Counted from the first letter of the stretch, positions 10,501 through 21,604 are shown. The stretch: DNA of 64,000 nt from Candidatus Multivorans sp. (GCA_965224025.1 OZ245033.1:160001-224000); one strand, 5' to 3'. Notes: a model not told the origin generated them from the sequence alone. Translations and numbers: made by a program.

Positions 10501-13180
10501 GACAACCAGGTCGAGCCGCGACCTCTGTGCCAACGGTGGTTCGTGCCGGAGTCTCTCCTCCGAGGTCAAGGCGGCCGGTTCGCCCATCTGGCGCCCTTGT
10601 CGCTGAAGCTGGCCCGCCGCCTGGGCGAGAGCCCCGATCTGCTCGCGACGCTCACCCGGCTCGGCCTGAACGTCTATCCGACGGAGGGCGACCGGACGGG
10701 GCCCGAGTTGCTCGAAGCGCTGGCGGACGCGCATGAGAAGAACGAGATGCCCGCCGGCGGATTCGACGTCTTTCTGGGTCAGGTGCGTCACGCCTGGAGC
10801 CACCTCGACCCTGACGACGAACTGCCGAAACGTTTCCTCGTCCGGACAGCGGCGCGCAGGTTCGAGATCAGGAGCGCAAGCCAACTGGCCGACGTGTACC
10901 TGCCCGATCACAACCTCCGCAGCCGCTCCCTCAAGAGCCACCGGAAGCCGCTCCTCGAAATGCTCCTCAAGGAGGCGCGTGGCCCGGCCGGCGATCGTCT
11001 CGACGCGCTCGACTTGAGACGCGCGTCGAATCTGCGCGAACGCTGCCTCGTCGACGGCCAGCCCCTCCTTGACGACGCGACCGCCGGGGCAGCGCCGATT
11101 GAAGACACGGAACTGAGCTGGCTGCCCCTCGTGCTGCTCACTCTCGCCGCACATGGAGGCGGCGATCCCAGGGGCCCGGCTACCGCCCCCTGGCGGAACG
11201 CCATGGGGCGGCTCCGCGGCGCCCTCGTGCGCCGCTGCGGCTCGCTCGCGGTGGAACTGATGGACGCCGACCAGGTCGTTGACTACAGCGAGCCCCGCGT
11301 CCACTGGCTCCCGAACGAACGAGTGCTTCTGCTCTGCCACGGCGCGAGATACGACGACCTGGCATCCGCTAGCCAGGCGCTGCTCGAACGTCAGGATCTT
11401 CTGAAGGACCTCCGCCTCGTCCTGGGAACCCTGACAGGCGCGGCGCCGGAACCGACCCGCCAACAGATCGAGTCCGCGCTCGACCGAGCCGAAATCGATG
11501 GCGAAGCGGTGGCCGACATACGCCATCGGTGGTTCGGCGCCACCGCGCTCCTCGTCGACCGCATTCGGCCCGTGCTGAAGCTGCTCGGGCTGCCTGACGC
11601 GGGGCTCGAGGCGGCGGTGAGCGATACCAAGGCCCTGGAGGCATGGCTGGCGTCGCACCTGCCGGAAGGCACGACCGACTGCTGGTCGCCAGAAGAAACT
11701 CGTCTCGGCCGCCAGAAGAAGTCGCGACGACATCGAGATGGGACGAGCTGCCTTCAGGCACCTCGGCGAGAAAGCTCAACTTCCAGGCTGGAACAACGCC
11801 TTGGCCCAGCTTGGCGACCGCTGCGCGCCAGTGGCGAACGTCGACGCAGCCGAGCAGACGAAGCGGCACGTCAAGGAAGCCGCGCCGTGTCTGCGGGCGC
11901 TGGCTCGGCACCTCGCCATCGAGAAAGACAGGCCAGAACTGTTCCGAAAGCTCGAACAGGTAGCCGAGAACTTCGAAGCTCCAGACGACTGGTCAGCCAA
12001 GTGGTGGGAAGTGCCCTTCCGCGCCGTGACCGCGAAACTACGCACCGGCTACGCGGGCGTAGTTGGCACAGACTCAGGCTTGGTGGAGGCCCTTGAAGAC
12101 GCTGGTTCGCCCAAAGACCTTCGCGCGGCACTCGAACAGCGAGGCGTGGTCCTTGACTGCGACCCGTACGAGACCTTCCGGCGGAACGAGAACCGGCTCG
12201 AAAAGGAGATCGGCCAAGTGAGCGATCTCCACCGAGCATGGCTGGAGGTTTCGGAAGCAGGACCGGCCCCTCCCCGGCACGAGGCGTCCGGGTCGCCCCG
12301 AATGGACTCCTCGGAATACCTTCGGAACTGGTCTGACGCGGAGGTCTTCGAGCAAGCGCTTGAGGCGTTGGACGATGCGGAGTTCAGCAGACGATGCGAC
12401 GGGTGCCGAGCCGTCGACGAGGCGCGGGCGAAGCTCGGAGTCACTTCACAAGTCGTCGAACAAGTACGGCGGAAGCGTCTTGAGCGGCAGCGGGAAGAGG
12501 AGCGGGCGAAGAGGACCTTCACGATCGCCGGCAGGCCGTTCGAGGTGGGCGGCCGCGAGAGCTACGGCGATCTCCTGGCTCGTCTCGGCACCCTGCCCGA
12601 ACCGAAGGGGCCCAGCGTCAAGGGCGACGAGTCGACGCGGCTGGTCCCACCGGGCCGCGGTCCAGCCCCAAGGCATCGTCCCGCCCCAGCCTCACCCGGC
12701 AGAACCTCCCACCTGTACTCGCGGCCCCACCTTCCCGGCCTGGTCGGAATCGTCGGCGAGATGCACGCCTACCGCTACCTTCGGTCTGAATTCGGCAGCG
12801 ACATCGTCACGGCTGCCGCCTGGGTGTCCGAGAACGGCCTCGAGGTCCTGCCGCTGGCAGGAGGCGAGAAGCGTGACGCACGCGACAACCACGGCTTCGA
12901 CTTCCGGTTCGCCAGCGACGGCATCACGTGGCGCTTCGAGGTCAAGGCGACCACGGAGGACGACACGAGCTTCTCGCTCCCGCCGAGCGAAATTCGCGCG
13001 GCCACGAGCCTCGCGAACAGGCGTCGCGACCGCTGGCGCATCCTGCGCATCAGGCATGCGCTCTCCGACACACCGGAGATCGACTTGCTTCCCAATCCCT
13101 TCGAGACCGGCTTCTCGGACCTCTTCCGGCTCAGCAGCGGCGGGCTGAACGTCCGCTACGCACTGGACGCCGCTACGTAG
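7549..13180 (+). pseudogene. Sacsin/Nov-like GHKL ATPase fused to a C-terminal DUF3883-type PD-(D/E)xK nuclease; one +1 frameshift near 11697
   Basis: N-terminus: YRGRCVLELLQNAHDA, IANSGRPF, VGNKGLGFQSVL, HINAPFYGSLDRR. C-terminus (11738-13180 frame): GIVGEMHAYRYL...WVSEN...DNHGFDFRF...FEVKAT...SEIRAA. Removing one base (most simply an A at 11696-11698) joins the two frames into 1876 aa. Confidence 0.8.
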
Positions 13181-13201
13181 CTGCCGCGACCAACCGCGCA
13201 A

Positions 13202-13804
13202 TCACCGGTACGGAAACAGCCTCCGTACTTCGAGATCGATCTCCACACCCGGCACTCTCAGGCAATCGCCGCCGTCGTGGACCGAGCGCTCCCCATAGCC
13301 CTCCGGCCCAGGTGCGCGGTGCACTTCGACGGTGCGACTGCGCAGATCGATCAGCCAGAACTGCCGTATGCCATGGCGGGCATAGAGCAGCGCCTTGACT
13401 CGGCGATCGTAGTCGAGCGTCGTGTCCGAGACCTCGATGGCCAGGAGCACGTCCTCGGGCTGTGGGAGACGTTCGCTGTACGCGTCGTCGCGTCTGACGA
13501 GCACGCATACGTCGGGCTCCGGCTCCGTGGAGTCGTCGAGACGGACCGGGCTCTGAACCCGGATGGCGGTGCGGTGGTCGGCCGCACGGATGAGCAACTC
13601 GGCAAGGATGTCGACACAGGCCGCGTGGCGGCTGCCGACGGGGGACGTCACGACGATTTCTCCTTCGATGAGCTCGACCCGGTCGTCTTCGCCCAGGATT
13701 CCCGCCCGCGCCATCGCGTGGTAGTCGTCCACCGTGAACAACCGTCTGGCGGGCGTGGTCGGCGGCGTCCCCTCCGCACTCGTTCTTCGCGCGGCCACCG
13801 TCAT
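13202..13804 (-). CDS. Uma2-family endonuclease
   Basis: FTVDDYHAMARAGILGEDDRVELIEGEIV...EPEPDVCVL...LAIEVSDTTLDYDRRVKALLYARHGIRQFWLIDL; TAAGAT 7 nt before ATG 13804. Confidence 0.88.
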   Translation of the reverse strand: MTVAARRTSAEGTPPTTPARRLFTVDDYHAMARAGILGEDDRVELIEGEIVVTSPVGSRHAACVDILAELLIRAADHRTAIRVQSPVRLDDSTEPEPDVCVLVRRDDAYSERLPQPEDVLLAIEVSDTTLDYDRRVKALLYARHGIRQFWLIDLRSRTVEVHRAPGPEGYGERSVHDGGDCLRVPGVEIDLEVRRLFPYR

Positions 13805-13878
13805 GCGGACGATCTTATCCGCCGAAGCGAATCGCACCGTCGTCGGTGAGGCGGATCCGACCTCGCCGCCGAATGAAG

Positions 13879-15087
13879 CTACAACGACGCCGCGCCGTGG
13901 TAGGCCCGAGCCACCCACGCCATGAGCTGAGCGCACAGGAGACCCAGCGGCGTGCCGACCAGGTTGCCGAGCACGCCCATCAGCACACCGACCGCGGCCA
14001 GGGCGGGCTGGAAGACGCCCGCGACGACGGGCGTCGAGATCACGCCGCCGACGTTGCCCATGCTGCCCGTGGCGAACAGGAACAGCGGCGCCCGCAGCAG
14101 GCGCATGGCCACGTACAGACAGGCGACGTGGATGCCGATCCACACGGCGCCGACCGCGAGTACCTGAGGCGCCTCGGCGACCGCGGCCAGGTTGCCGCCG
14201 GCGCCCATCGTCGCGACCATCAGGTAGAGGCCGCCGTAGGCCACCGGCGTCGCGCCCCGGTGGTCGAGGCGGCGAATCGGCGTGAACGACAGTCCCAGGC
14301 CGACGGCCACGACGAGCAGGATGCCCCAGGTGAAGTGCGAGAGCACGGAGCCTACCCGCGGCAACAGCTCCCCGCCCCGCATGCAGAGCCAACTCCCCAC
14401 CAGGCCGACGCCGAGCATGGTGGCGAAGGCCGGCAGAGTGATCGGCCGGGCCTTTTCCTTCTGGACCTTCTGCAGCCGCTCGTTCAGCCGGTCGAGTTCT
14501 TCGCGGCGCGCCCGGTGGCGGCGGTCGATCCGGTTCTGGTGGCCGCTCAGCAGAATGATGATCGACATCCAGCCGTAACCGACGACCGAGTCGACGATGA
14601 TCATCGGAGCGAAGATGTTGTCCGGAGCGCCGACGCCCTCCTTGATCGCGATCATGTTCGAGAGGCCGCCGATCCAGGAGCCGGATAGCGCCGCCAGGCC
14701 CTTCCAGGCCTGCGGATCGAGGAAGGGCTGGAAGATCGCCAGGGCGATCGGGCCGCCGATCACGATGCCGGCGGAGCCGGCGAGGAGCATCGCCGCCGCC
14801 AGCGGCCCCAGCCGCTTGATCGCCGGCACGTCGGTCGCCAGGACCAGGAGCAGCAGGGCGCACGGCATCAGGTAGTCCGTGCACCAGTCGTAGAACGGCG
14901 ACTCGGCCGGCGTGATGCCAAGCGTGGTCAGGACCACGGGCAGCAGGTAGATCCAGACGATCGGCGGCAGCGTCCTGAACAGCCGCTCGAACGCCGGGGT
15001 CCGCGCGAGGGCGAAGATCAGCGCCACGAAGCCGGCGAAGAAGACGAGTAGCGCGGTCGGATCGTTGATCAGCGCCTGCTCCGTCAT
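13879..15087 (-). CDS. DUF819 family multi-pass membrane protein
   Basis: About 10-12 hydrophobic helices; GSWIGG.SN and GSMGNVGG motifs. Confidence 0.8.
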   Translation of the reverse strand: MTEQALINDPTALLVFFAGFVALIFALARTPAFERLFRTLPPIVWIYLLPVVLTTLGITPAESPFYDWCTDYLMPCALLLLVLATDVPAIKRLGPLAAAMLLAGSAGIVIGGPIALAIFQPFLDPQAWKGLAALSGSWIGGLSNMIAIKEGVGAPDNIFAPMIIVDSVVGYGWMSIIILLSGHQNRIDRRHRARREELDRLNERLQKVQKEKARPITLPAFATMLGVGLVGSWLCMRGGELLPRVGSVLSHFTWGILLVVAVGLGLSFTPIRRLDHRGATPVAYGGLYLMVATMGAGGNLAAVAEAPQVLAVGAVWIGIHVACLYVAMRLLRAPLFLFATGSMGNVGGVISTPVVAGVFQPALAAVGVLMGVLGNLVGTPLGLLCAQLMAWVARAYHGAASL

Positions 15088-15192
15088 CGCGGGCGAGTCT
15101 ATGAGCTTGCGTCACAGCACGCGGCGGAGCGAGTGTTGCTATCTTCCGACGCCACTTTCACCTGGCGTTGCACCCTCCGAAAGGCTGACCAC

Positions 15193-16245
15193 ATGAGACC
15201 CACGCGCCACTCCGCCGCGACCATCCTGTCCGCCGCGGCCGCGGCCTGCCTTGTGTTCGCATCGGCCGTCGAGGCTCAGTTCGGGACCCGGCCGCCCAAC
15301 CGTTCGTCCCTGCTCGACGACGGCGCCCTCCACGTCGTCATCTGCGGCAGCGGATCGCCGCTGCCGAGCGTCGAGCGCGCCGGCCCGTGCACGGCGGTGA
15401 TCGCAGGGGGCCGGATGTTCCTGATCGACGTCGGCGCCGGCTCGACGGAGAACCTGCGCCTCTGGGGACTTCCCGTCGGCAGCCTGACCGGCGTGCTACT
15501 GACCCACTTCCATTCGGATCACATCGGAGAGCTCGGCGAGGTGACCTTCAGGAGTTGGACCGGCGGACGGGCCGTGCCCCTCGACGTCTACGGTCCGGAC
15601 GGCGTCGAGCGCGTCGTTGCCGGCTTCCAGGCCGCGTACGAACTCGACGTCTCCTACCGGGTCGCCCACCACGGCGCCAACCTGCTGCCGCCGGACGGCG
15701 GCAAGGCGGCAGCGCACCCGATCGAACTCAACGAAGACGCCTCATCGCGCGTCGTCTACGACGAGGACGGCCTCAAGATCACGGCGTTCCTGGTCGAACA
15801 CGAGCCGATTTCGCCGGCGGTCGGCTACCGGATCGACTTCGGCGGCCGCTCGGTCGTCGTCAGCGGCGACACGATCCGTTCGGCGAACCTGGAGGCCGCG
15901 AGCCAGGGCGTCGACGTCCTGGTCCACGAGGTCCTCTCCGACGCCCTGATCGGCGGGGCGGCGCAGGCTCTCGAGAGCGGCGGCAACGAACGAACCGGAC
16001 AGATGCTCCGGGACACGCTCGACTACCACACCTTCCCAGCCGACGTACATGCGCTGGCCGCCGACGCCAAGGTCAAGCTCCTGGTCCTGAGCCACCTCGT
16101 GCCGCCCCTGCCCGCGGCACAGGCGGAGACCGTGTTCATGCGCGGCCGGGTGGAGGACGCGCCGAACGAGGCCGTGGTAGCCGTCGACGGCATGCACATC
16201 GTTCTGCCTGCCAACAGCGACGAACGGACGATCGAGAGCTTCTAG
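15193..16245 (+). CDS. Exported MBL-fold metallohydrolase (RNase Z/AtsA-like)
   Basis: Signal peptide; GSGSPLP, THFHSDHIG, VSGDT, HEV, YHT, LSHLVP. Confidence 0.85.
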   Translation: MRPTRHSAATILSAAAAACLVFASAVEAQFGTRPPNRSSLLDDGALHVVICGSGSPLPSVERAGPCTAVIAGGRMFLIDVGAGSTENLRLWGLPVGSLTGVLLTHFHSDHIGELGEVTFRSWTGGRAVPLDVYGPDGVERVVAGFQAAYELDVSYRVAHHGANLLPPDGGKAAAHPIELNEDASSRVVYDEDGLKITAFLVEHEPISPAVGYRIDFGGRSVVVSGDTIRSANLEAASQGVDVLVHEVLSDALIGGAAQALESGGNERTGQMLRDTLDYHTFPADVHALAADAKVKLLVLSHLVPPLPAAQAETVFMRGRVEDAPNEAVVAVDGMHIVLPANSDERTIESF

Positions 16246-16291
16246 AGTCTCTTTCGGCTCGGACCGCCAGTCTGCCGCGTAAGCTCTCACC

Positions 16292-17077
16292 GTGACGAGC
16301 TACGAAGCCGAACTCGACTTCGCGGTCGAGACCGCGTGGATCGCCGGTCAGTTGACGCTCGAGTTCTTCCGGCTCGGCGTCGAGGCCGAAGTCAAGAGCG
16401 ACATGACACCGGTCACCGAGGCCGACCGGGGCGCCGAGGAACTGATCCGTGCGCGGATCAAGGAGACCTTCCCCGGCGACTCGATCGTCGGCGAGGAGTT
16501 CGGAACGAGCGACGGCTCGGCGGACGCGGAAGGCGCCTGTGGACGCCACTGGTACGTCGATCCGATCGACGGCACCCGCTCCTTTGTCCGCGGCGTGCCT
16601 CTCTACGGCATCCTGATCGGCCTGGAGGTCAACGGACGGGTCGAGGTCGGCGTCGCCCACTTCCCGGGCATCGGCGAGACGGTGGCGGCCGCCTCCGGCC
16701 ACGGCTGCACGCTGAACGGCGAGCCGGCCCGAGTGTGCGGAACAAGCAGCCTGGCAGAGGGTTACGTCTCGTTCGGCGACCCCGGGCTCTTCGTTGACGC
16801 CAGGCACAAGAGGGCCTGGAAGCGCATGATGGAGAGCACCGCCTACCGCGTCGGCTGGTCCGACGCGTACGGCCACGCCCTGGTGGCCTCGGGCCGGCTC
16901 GAACTGATGGTCGATCCGCGGATGAGCGCCTGGGACTGCGGACCGTTCCCGCTCATCCTACGCGAAGCGGGCGGCTACTTCGGCGACTGGGACGGCAACG
17001 AGACGATCCACTGCGAGCGGGCGGTTAGCACCAGCCGCCGGCTGCTGCCCGAAGTTCTGGAACTGCTCGGCGACTGA
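16292..17077 (+). CDS. Inositol monophosphatase family protein, probable histidinol-phosphatase (HisN type)
   Basis: TPVTEADR, GEEFG, WYVDPIDGTRSFVRGVP, WDCGP. Confidence 0.85.
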   Translation: MTSYEAELDFAVETAWIAGQLTLEFFRLGVEAEVKSDMTPVTEADRGAEELIRARIKETFPGDSIVGEEFGTSDGSADAEGACGRHWYVDPIDGTRSFVRGVPLYGILIGLEVNGRVEVGVAHFPGIGETVAAASGHGCTLNGEPARVCGTSSLAEGYVSFGDPGLFVDARHKRAWKRMMESTAYRVGWSDAYGHALVASGRLELMVDPRMSAWDCGPFPLILREAGGYFGDWDGNETIHCERAVSTSRRLLPEVLELLGD

Positions 17078-17080
17078 TCA

Positions 17081-17332
17081 TCAGCCGCCCGGAGGCTCCT
17101 CGCCGTCCTCGACCGGACCGGCCACGCAGCTCAGCAGCTCCCGGACCTCGTCGAGCCGGTTGTCCGGCACGCACAACGACACGGGCACCGGCGACTTCCC
17201 CATCATCCCCATACCGAACATGCCGACCCCGGCGCTCTGCACCAGGAACGGAATGTCGTACTGGTCCAGGGCATGGCCGATCGACTCGGCCTCCAGCCTG
17301 GAATCGAAGGTGGCAAGTTTGACGAACTTCAT
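17081..17332 (-). CDS. DUF2007-like small protein
   Basis: MKFVKLATFDSRLEAESIGHALDQYDIP...LCVPDNRLDEVRELL. Confidence 0.65.
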   Translation of the reverse strand: MKFVKLATFDSRLEAESIGHALDQYDIPFLVQSAGVGMFGMGMMGKSPVPVSLCVPDNRLDEVRELLSCVAGPVEDGEEPPGG

Positions 17333-17438
17333 GGCGAACCTCACGGGCAGCCTACTGTACTGCCCGTGAGCGGGCTTCCTCACAGAGGCTGCCCACAGGC
17401 AGCTGCGGCAAGACGTCCAGACGTCTATAGTCCGCGAC

Positions 17439-18641
17439 ATGGAACCGCACCGTCGTCCACCGGGCCAGGTCCGAGACGCAGTCGTTGCCGTGCTCCGCAC
17501 CTATCCGGACGGAGCGTCACCGAGCCAGATTGAGCAGGGCGTGCAACAGCGCATCGGACCCGTGGCAGGTTCGAGCATTCGCTCCTACCTCCGGCTCAAC
17601 ACGCCCAGCCTCTTCGAGAGGCCCGCCCGGGGCCTCTATCGGCTTCGCAACGGCGAGACTCGATGGTGTCCGCCGAGCAGTGAACTCCGGGACGCGCTGC
17701 CGGCCTTTGACCACGGCCGGGCATCGATCGTCCATGCCGACTGCCTGGACTGGCTAAGGACGTGCGAACCCAACACGATTCACGCCGTGATTACCGACCC
17801 TCCCTACGGCCTCGTCGAGTACTCCAGTCTCGAACAGGAGAAGCTCCGGGCCGGGCGCGGCGGCGTGTGGCGCATCCCGCCTTCCTTCGACGGCGCGAAG
17901 CGGTCTCCTCTACCGCGGTTCACGACGCTCTCGGACAAGGACAAAGAGGCCCTGGGCGCGTTCTTCGAAACTTGGGCGAGACTACTGCTGCCGGCACTCG
18001 TTCCCGGCGCCAACGTCGTCGTCGCCACCAACCCCCTGCTCTCCTACCTGGTCTCGGGCGCGCTCGCACGGGGTGGTTTGGAACGGCGCGGCGAACTCGT
18101 GCGGCTAGTCACTACGATGCGCGGTGGAGACCGTCCAAAGGGAGCCCACGTCGAATTCGAGGATGTGAGCGTGATGCCCAGGTCCATGTGGGAGCCGTGG
18201 CTGCTGTTCCGCAAACCTCCGGAGGGCAGGATCCAGGACAACCTGCGGAAGTGGGGCACTGGCGGATTCCGCCGTCCTGAGAGCGGTCGACCATTCGGCG
18301 ACGTCATCCGCTCAGCGCCAACTCAAGCTTCCGAACGAAAGCTGGCCCCACACCCGAGCCTGAAACCACAACGCTTCCTCCGACCGCTTGTGCGGGCGGT
18401 CTTGCCGCTGGGCAAGGGCGTCGTGCTCGACCCGTTCTGCGGTGCCGCTTCCACACTGGCCGGGGCGAACGCCGTCGGCTACGGGAGCGTCGGCATCGAG
18501 AAGGACCCGCACTACTACCGCATGGCCTGCGAGGCTCTTCCGCGGCTCACCGCCCTACAAGGGCAACACCAACTCTCTTGGCCACGACCGCCGACTACTC
18601 GATGCAGGCCCACTGCCCGAAGACCCTCTCGAAGCACATGA
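17439..18641 (+). CDS. Beta-class N4/N6 DNA methyltransferase with N-terminal winged-HTH-like extension
   Basis: ADCLDWL..ITDPPY (motif IV) precedes HPSLKP..VLDPFCGAAST (motif I); N-terminal ~70 aa (SSIRSYLRLN..FERPARGLYRL) is wHTH-like. Confidence 0.88.
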   Translation: MEPHRRPPGQVRDAVVAVLRTYPDGASPSQIEQGVQQRIGPVAGSSIRSYLRLNTPSLFERPARGLYRLRNGETRWCPPSSELRDALPAFDHGRASIVHADCLDWLRTCEPNTIHAVITDPPYGLVEYSSLEQEKLRAGRGGVWRIPPSFDGAKRSPLPRFTTLSDKDKEALGAFFETWARLLLPALVPGANVVVATNPLLSYLVSGALARGGLERRGELVRLVTTMRGGDRPKGAHVEFEDVSVMPRSMWEPWLLFRKPPEGRIQDNLRKWGTGGFRRPESGRPFGDVIRSAPTQASERKLAPHPSLKPQRFLRPLVRAVLPLGKGVVLDPFCGAASTLAGANAVGYGSVGIEKDPHYYRMACEALPRLTALQGQHQLSWPRPPTTRCRPTARRPSRST

Positions 18642-18946
18642 ACACTAGGCCGGAGAGCCTGGAGCTTCGGGCAACCTTCAGAAGGACGCACCGTCAGGAG
18701 TGGCGACGAAATGGATGAAGTGGATGACACCAAGCGAGACCCTGCCGTCACGTTCTGGGTCGGCTTCCTTATGGGGAGGATCACAGGTCAGTAGCTCATC
18801 TCGATGCCTGCAGGGCGGAGCGCCACGAGGCCCTTGGAGAGACCGGCACGCGTCGTGGTTCACGCCCAGCTACTTCGCCAGACCCGAAACGCGGGCCGCC
18901 TCGCGAAAGTGCCGTTTCTTCTTGGGCGAACCCTCCCCCCCCACAC

Positions 18947-19558
18947 CTAAGAACGGAGTCGGTACAGCCAGTTCTGGCGGAACTTCCGAATTCCGTCTCG
19001 ATCGAGCGTCGCCGTCCGCGTTCCCAACTCACCCCGCTCGTTTCGACGGAAGTCGTCCACCGTGACGTAGCCGAGGTAGACTTCGGTGAAAACCATCGGC
19101 CTTCGAGCACGGGCCGGCTCGGTCACGTGATCGGTCTCGTACACGAAGACGCAGAGCCACTGCTCCCGGGCACCGTGGAAGTCGACGGCGCCGCCCTTCT
19201 TTCGGGTCGTCTTGATCTCAAGGCCCTCTTCCCCCGCCGCAACGCTGTTGTCGGGATAGACGCCCTCGACGAGAAGATCCGGATGGCCATTGTGGTAGCG
19301 GTTCTCGGTCAGGCTTCGCGCGTGGTTCGCAAGACTCGCCGTCAGCATGTCCGAGACGAATCCGGACATCGCGGCCGGCCGCAGTAGATCGTCGAGGCGC
19401 TTCAACCCTCGCCCGAGCAGGTTGCTGTTGACGTCGAAGAAGAAGTCGTAGACATCCTGCATCGCCAGGTCGAAGTCCTTGATGCGCGGTTCGTACGGGA
19501 GCCGCAGTTCCCGGTTGAAGCCAGCAGGGGCGACGTGGCTTCGATCCATCGGCTTCAT
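18947..19558 (-). CDS. Putative type II restriction endonuclease (PD-(D/E)xK fold)
   Basis: NGHPDLL...GLEIKTT motif; convergent with the MTase; ATG 19558 overlaps the stop of the MaoC gene. Confidence 0.6.
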   Translation of the reverse strand: MKPMDRSHVAPAGFNRELRLPYEPRIKDFDLAMQDVYDFFFDVNSNLLGRGLKRLDDLLRPAAMSGFVSDMLTASLANHARSLTENRYHNGHPDLLVEGVYPDNSVAAGEEGLEIKTTRKKGGAVDFHGAREQWLCVFVYETDHVTEPARARRPMVFTEVYLGYVTVDDFRRNERGELGTRTATLDRDGIRKFRQNWLYRLRS

Positions 19559-20034
19559 CCGCCGGAGTCCCTCTTGCTCTCCTTCTCCGGCACCTTCAGC
19601 ATCAGCCCCAGCCGGATGCAGCGGGCAACCAGCTCGTCGTGCTGGTTGTAGGCCCGGTGCTCGAAGGTCACGATCCCGGCGTTGGGCCGCGAACGGCTCT
19701 CCCGCTTGTCCTTGACCTCGGTCTCGATCCGCAGCGTGTCGCCATGGAAGACGGGGCGTGGAAACACGACATCGTTCCAGCCCAGGTTGGCGATCGTCGT
19801 GCCGAGCGTCGTGTCGCCCACCGAAACCCCGACCATGAGACTCAGGGTGAAGCAACTGTTGACAATCCGCTGTCCGAACTCGCTGTTCTTCATCGCCTCG
19901 GCGTCGAGGTGGAGCGCCGCCGGGTTGTGGGTCATCGCGGTGAAGAAGACGTTGTCCGCCTCGGTGACCGTCCTCCGCAAGGCGTGGTCGAAGAGTTGCC
20001 CGACTTCGAACTGCTCGTAGTAGAGCCCTGCCAT
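19555..20034 (-). CDS. MaoC-family dehydratase
   Basis: [10 protein letters not shown]...[24 protein letters not shown]...PVFHGDTL. Confidence 0.9.
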   Translation of the reverse strand: MAGLYYEQFEVGQLFDHALRRTVTEADNVFFTAMTHNPAALHLDAEAMKNSEFGQRIVNSCFTLSLMVGVSVGDTTLGTTIANLGWNDVVFPRPVFHGDTLRIETEVKDKRESRSRPNAGIVTFEHRAYNQHDELVARCIRLGLMLKVPEKESKRDSGG

Positions 20035-20068
20035 GAAGACAACCCTACAGCCACTACCGCCTTCGGCG

Positions 20069-20095
20069 GATGCGGGCGGGATGCCCGCGTTCCCA
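20069..20095 (+). repeat. REP-like palindromic extragenic repeat, copy 1
   Basis: GATGCGGGCGGGATGCCCGCGTTCCCA; near-identical copies at 47312 and 61042. Confidence 0.75.
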
Positions 20096-20122
20096 AGGCC
20101 GGATACCGGCGGGTGCCGCTTG

Positions 20123-21430
20123 CTAGCCGACGCGTTCGATGTCGGCGCCGAGCGAGCGCAGCCGCTCGTCGATCCGCTCGTAGCCGCGGTCGATCTGCTG
20201 CACGTTGTCGATCACGCTGCGGCCCTCGGCGCACAGCGCGGCGATCAGCATCGCCATGCCGGCGCGGATGTCGGGGCTCACCATGTCCCGCCCGTAGAGC
20301 TTCGACGGCCCGCTGACGACCACCCGGTGCGGGTCGCAGAGCACGATCTGGGCGCCCATCGCGACCAACCGGTCGACGAAGAACATGCGCGACTCGAACA
20401 GCTTCTCGTGGATCAGCACCGAGCCGCGGCTCTGGGTCGCACCGACCACCGCGATCGAGGTCAGATCGGCAGGAAAACCGGGCCAAGGCGCGTCCTCGAT
20501 CTTCGGAATCGCGCCTTGGAGATCTGTACGCACGCACAGCTCCTGGCCGCCCGGAACGAACAGGTCACGGCCGTCGACGGAGACCTCGAAGTCGATCCCC
20601 AGACGCCCGAACGCAAGCCGCGTCGCGCGGTGCTCCCGCGGCCGCGCGTTGGGAATGCGCAGTTCGCCGCCGGTCACCGCGGCCAGCGTGATGAGCGACC
20701 CGACCTCGATGTAGTCGGGCCCGATCTCGAACTCGGCGCCGCCGAGCCGTTCCGCACCCTCGATGGTCAGCGCGTTCGTCCCGATCCCGTCGATCGGCAC
20801 CCCCATCGACCGCAGCAGCCGGCAGAGGTCCTGGATGTGCGGCTCGCTCGCAGCGTTGAGAATCCGTGTCTGGCCCCCAGCGAGAGACGCCGCCATCACC
20901 GCGTTCTCGGTAGCCGTCACCGACGCCTCGTCGAGAAAGATCTCGGCGCCGCACAGCCGGCCGTCGGCGGCCTTGACGCGGCACTCGAGGCCGCCGCGGG
21001 GACAGAGCGTGATTTCGGCGCCCAGGGCCTCGAGTGCCAGCACATGGGTGTCGAGTCGCCGCCGGCCGATCACGTCGCCGCCCGGAGGCGGCATGCTCAC
21101 CCGGCCCCGCCGTGCGAGCAACGGCCCCGCAAGCAGGATCGAGGCCCGGATCGCCCGGCACAGGTCCGGGTCCGGATCCGCGTCACCGAGAGCGGCGGCG
21201 CAGACACGGACCGTGTCCGCGCCCACGAACCGGGCCGCGGCCCCGAGCTGACGGAGCAACTCGATCTGCGCTTCGACATCGCGGATTCGCGGCACGTTGC
21301 GCAGCGTCACCTCGTCGTCGGTGAGCAGCGCGGCAGCCAGAATCGGCAGCGCCGCGTTCTTGTTGCCGCGCGCTTCCAGGGTACCCGAGATCGGTCGGCC
21401 GCCCTCGATCACGAACTGGGAGCGGGGCAT
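20123..21430 (-). CDS. murA: UDP-N-acetylglucosamine 1-carboxyvinyltransferase (Asp at the catalytic Cys position)
   Basis: [61 protein letters not shown]. Confidence 0.95.
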   Translation of the reverse strand: MPRSQFVIEGGRPISGTLEARGNKNAALPILAAALLTDDEVTLRNVPRIRDVEAQIELLRQLGAAARFVGADTVRVCAAALGDADPDPDLCRAIRASILLAGPLLARRGRVSMPPPGGDVIGRRRLDTHVLALEALGAEITLCPRGGLECRVKAADGRLCGAEIFLDEASVTATENAVMAASLAGGQTRILNAASEPHIQDLCRLLRSMGVPIDGIGTNALTIEGAERLGGAEFEIGPDYIEVGSLITLAAVTGGELRIPNARPREHRATRLAFGRLGIDFEVSVDGRDLFVPGGQELCVRTDLQGAIPKIEDAPWPGFPADLTSIAVVGATQSRGSVLIHEKLFESRMFFVDRLVAMGAQIVLCDPHRVVVSGPSKLYGRDMVSPDIRAGMAMLIAALCAEGRSVIDNVQQIDRGYERIDERLRSLGADIERVG

Positions 21431-21604
21431 GTGTCCGGCGGTGTCCATCGGATGTCAAGTTGACCACAGGAACGTCGTGACGGGTCCTCCGTCTTCCGAT
21501 ACCGGCCGATCCTGAAACTTCGACGGCGCTCTCGCGTCCTAAAGAAGTACAGCGCAAACAGGCCGCCCTGCCCCCCGGCCTGCCCCGGAACAAGGAGAAC
21601 CGAC

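Noticed and set aside
13805-15115. 637-aa ORF suggesting a long N-terminal fusion to Uma2
   Set aside because: The upstream part is an off-frame read of the DUF819 gene; Uma2 starts at 13804.
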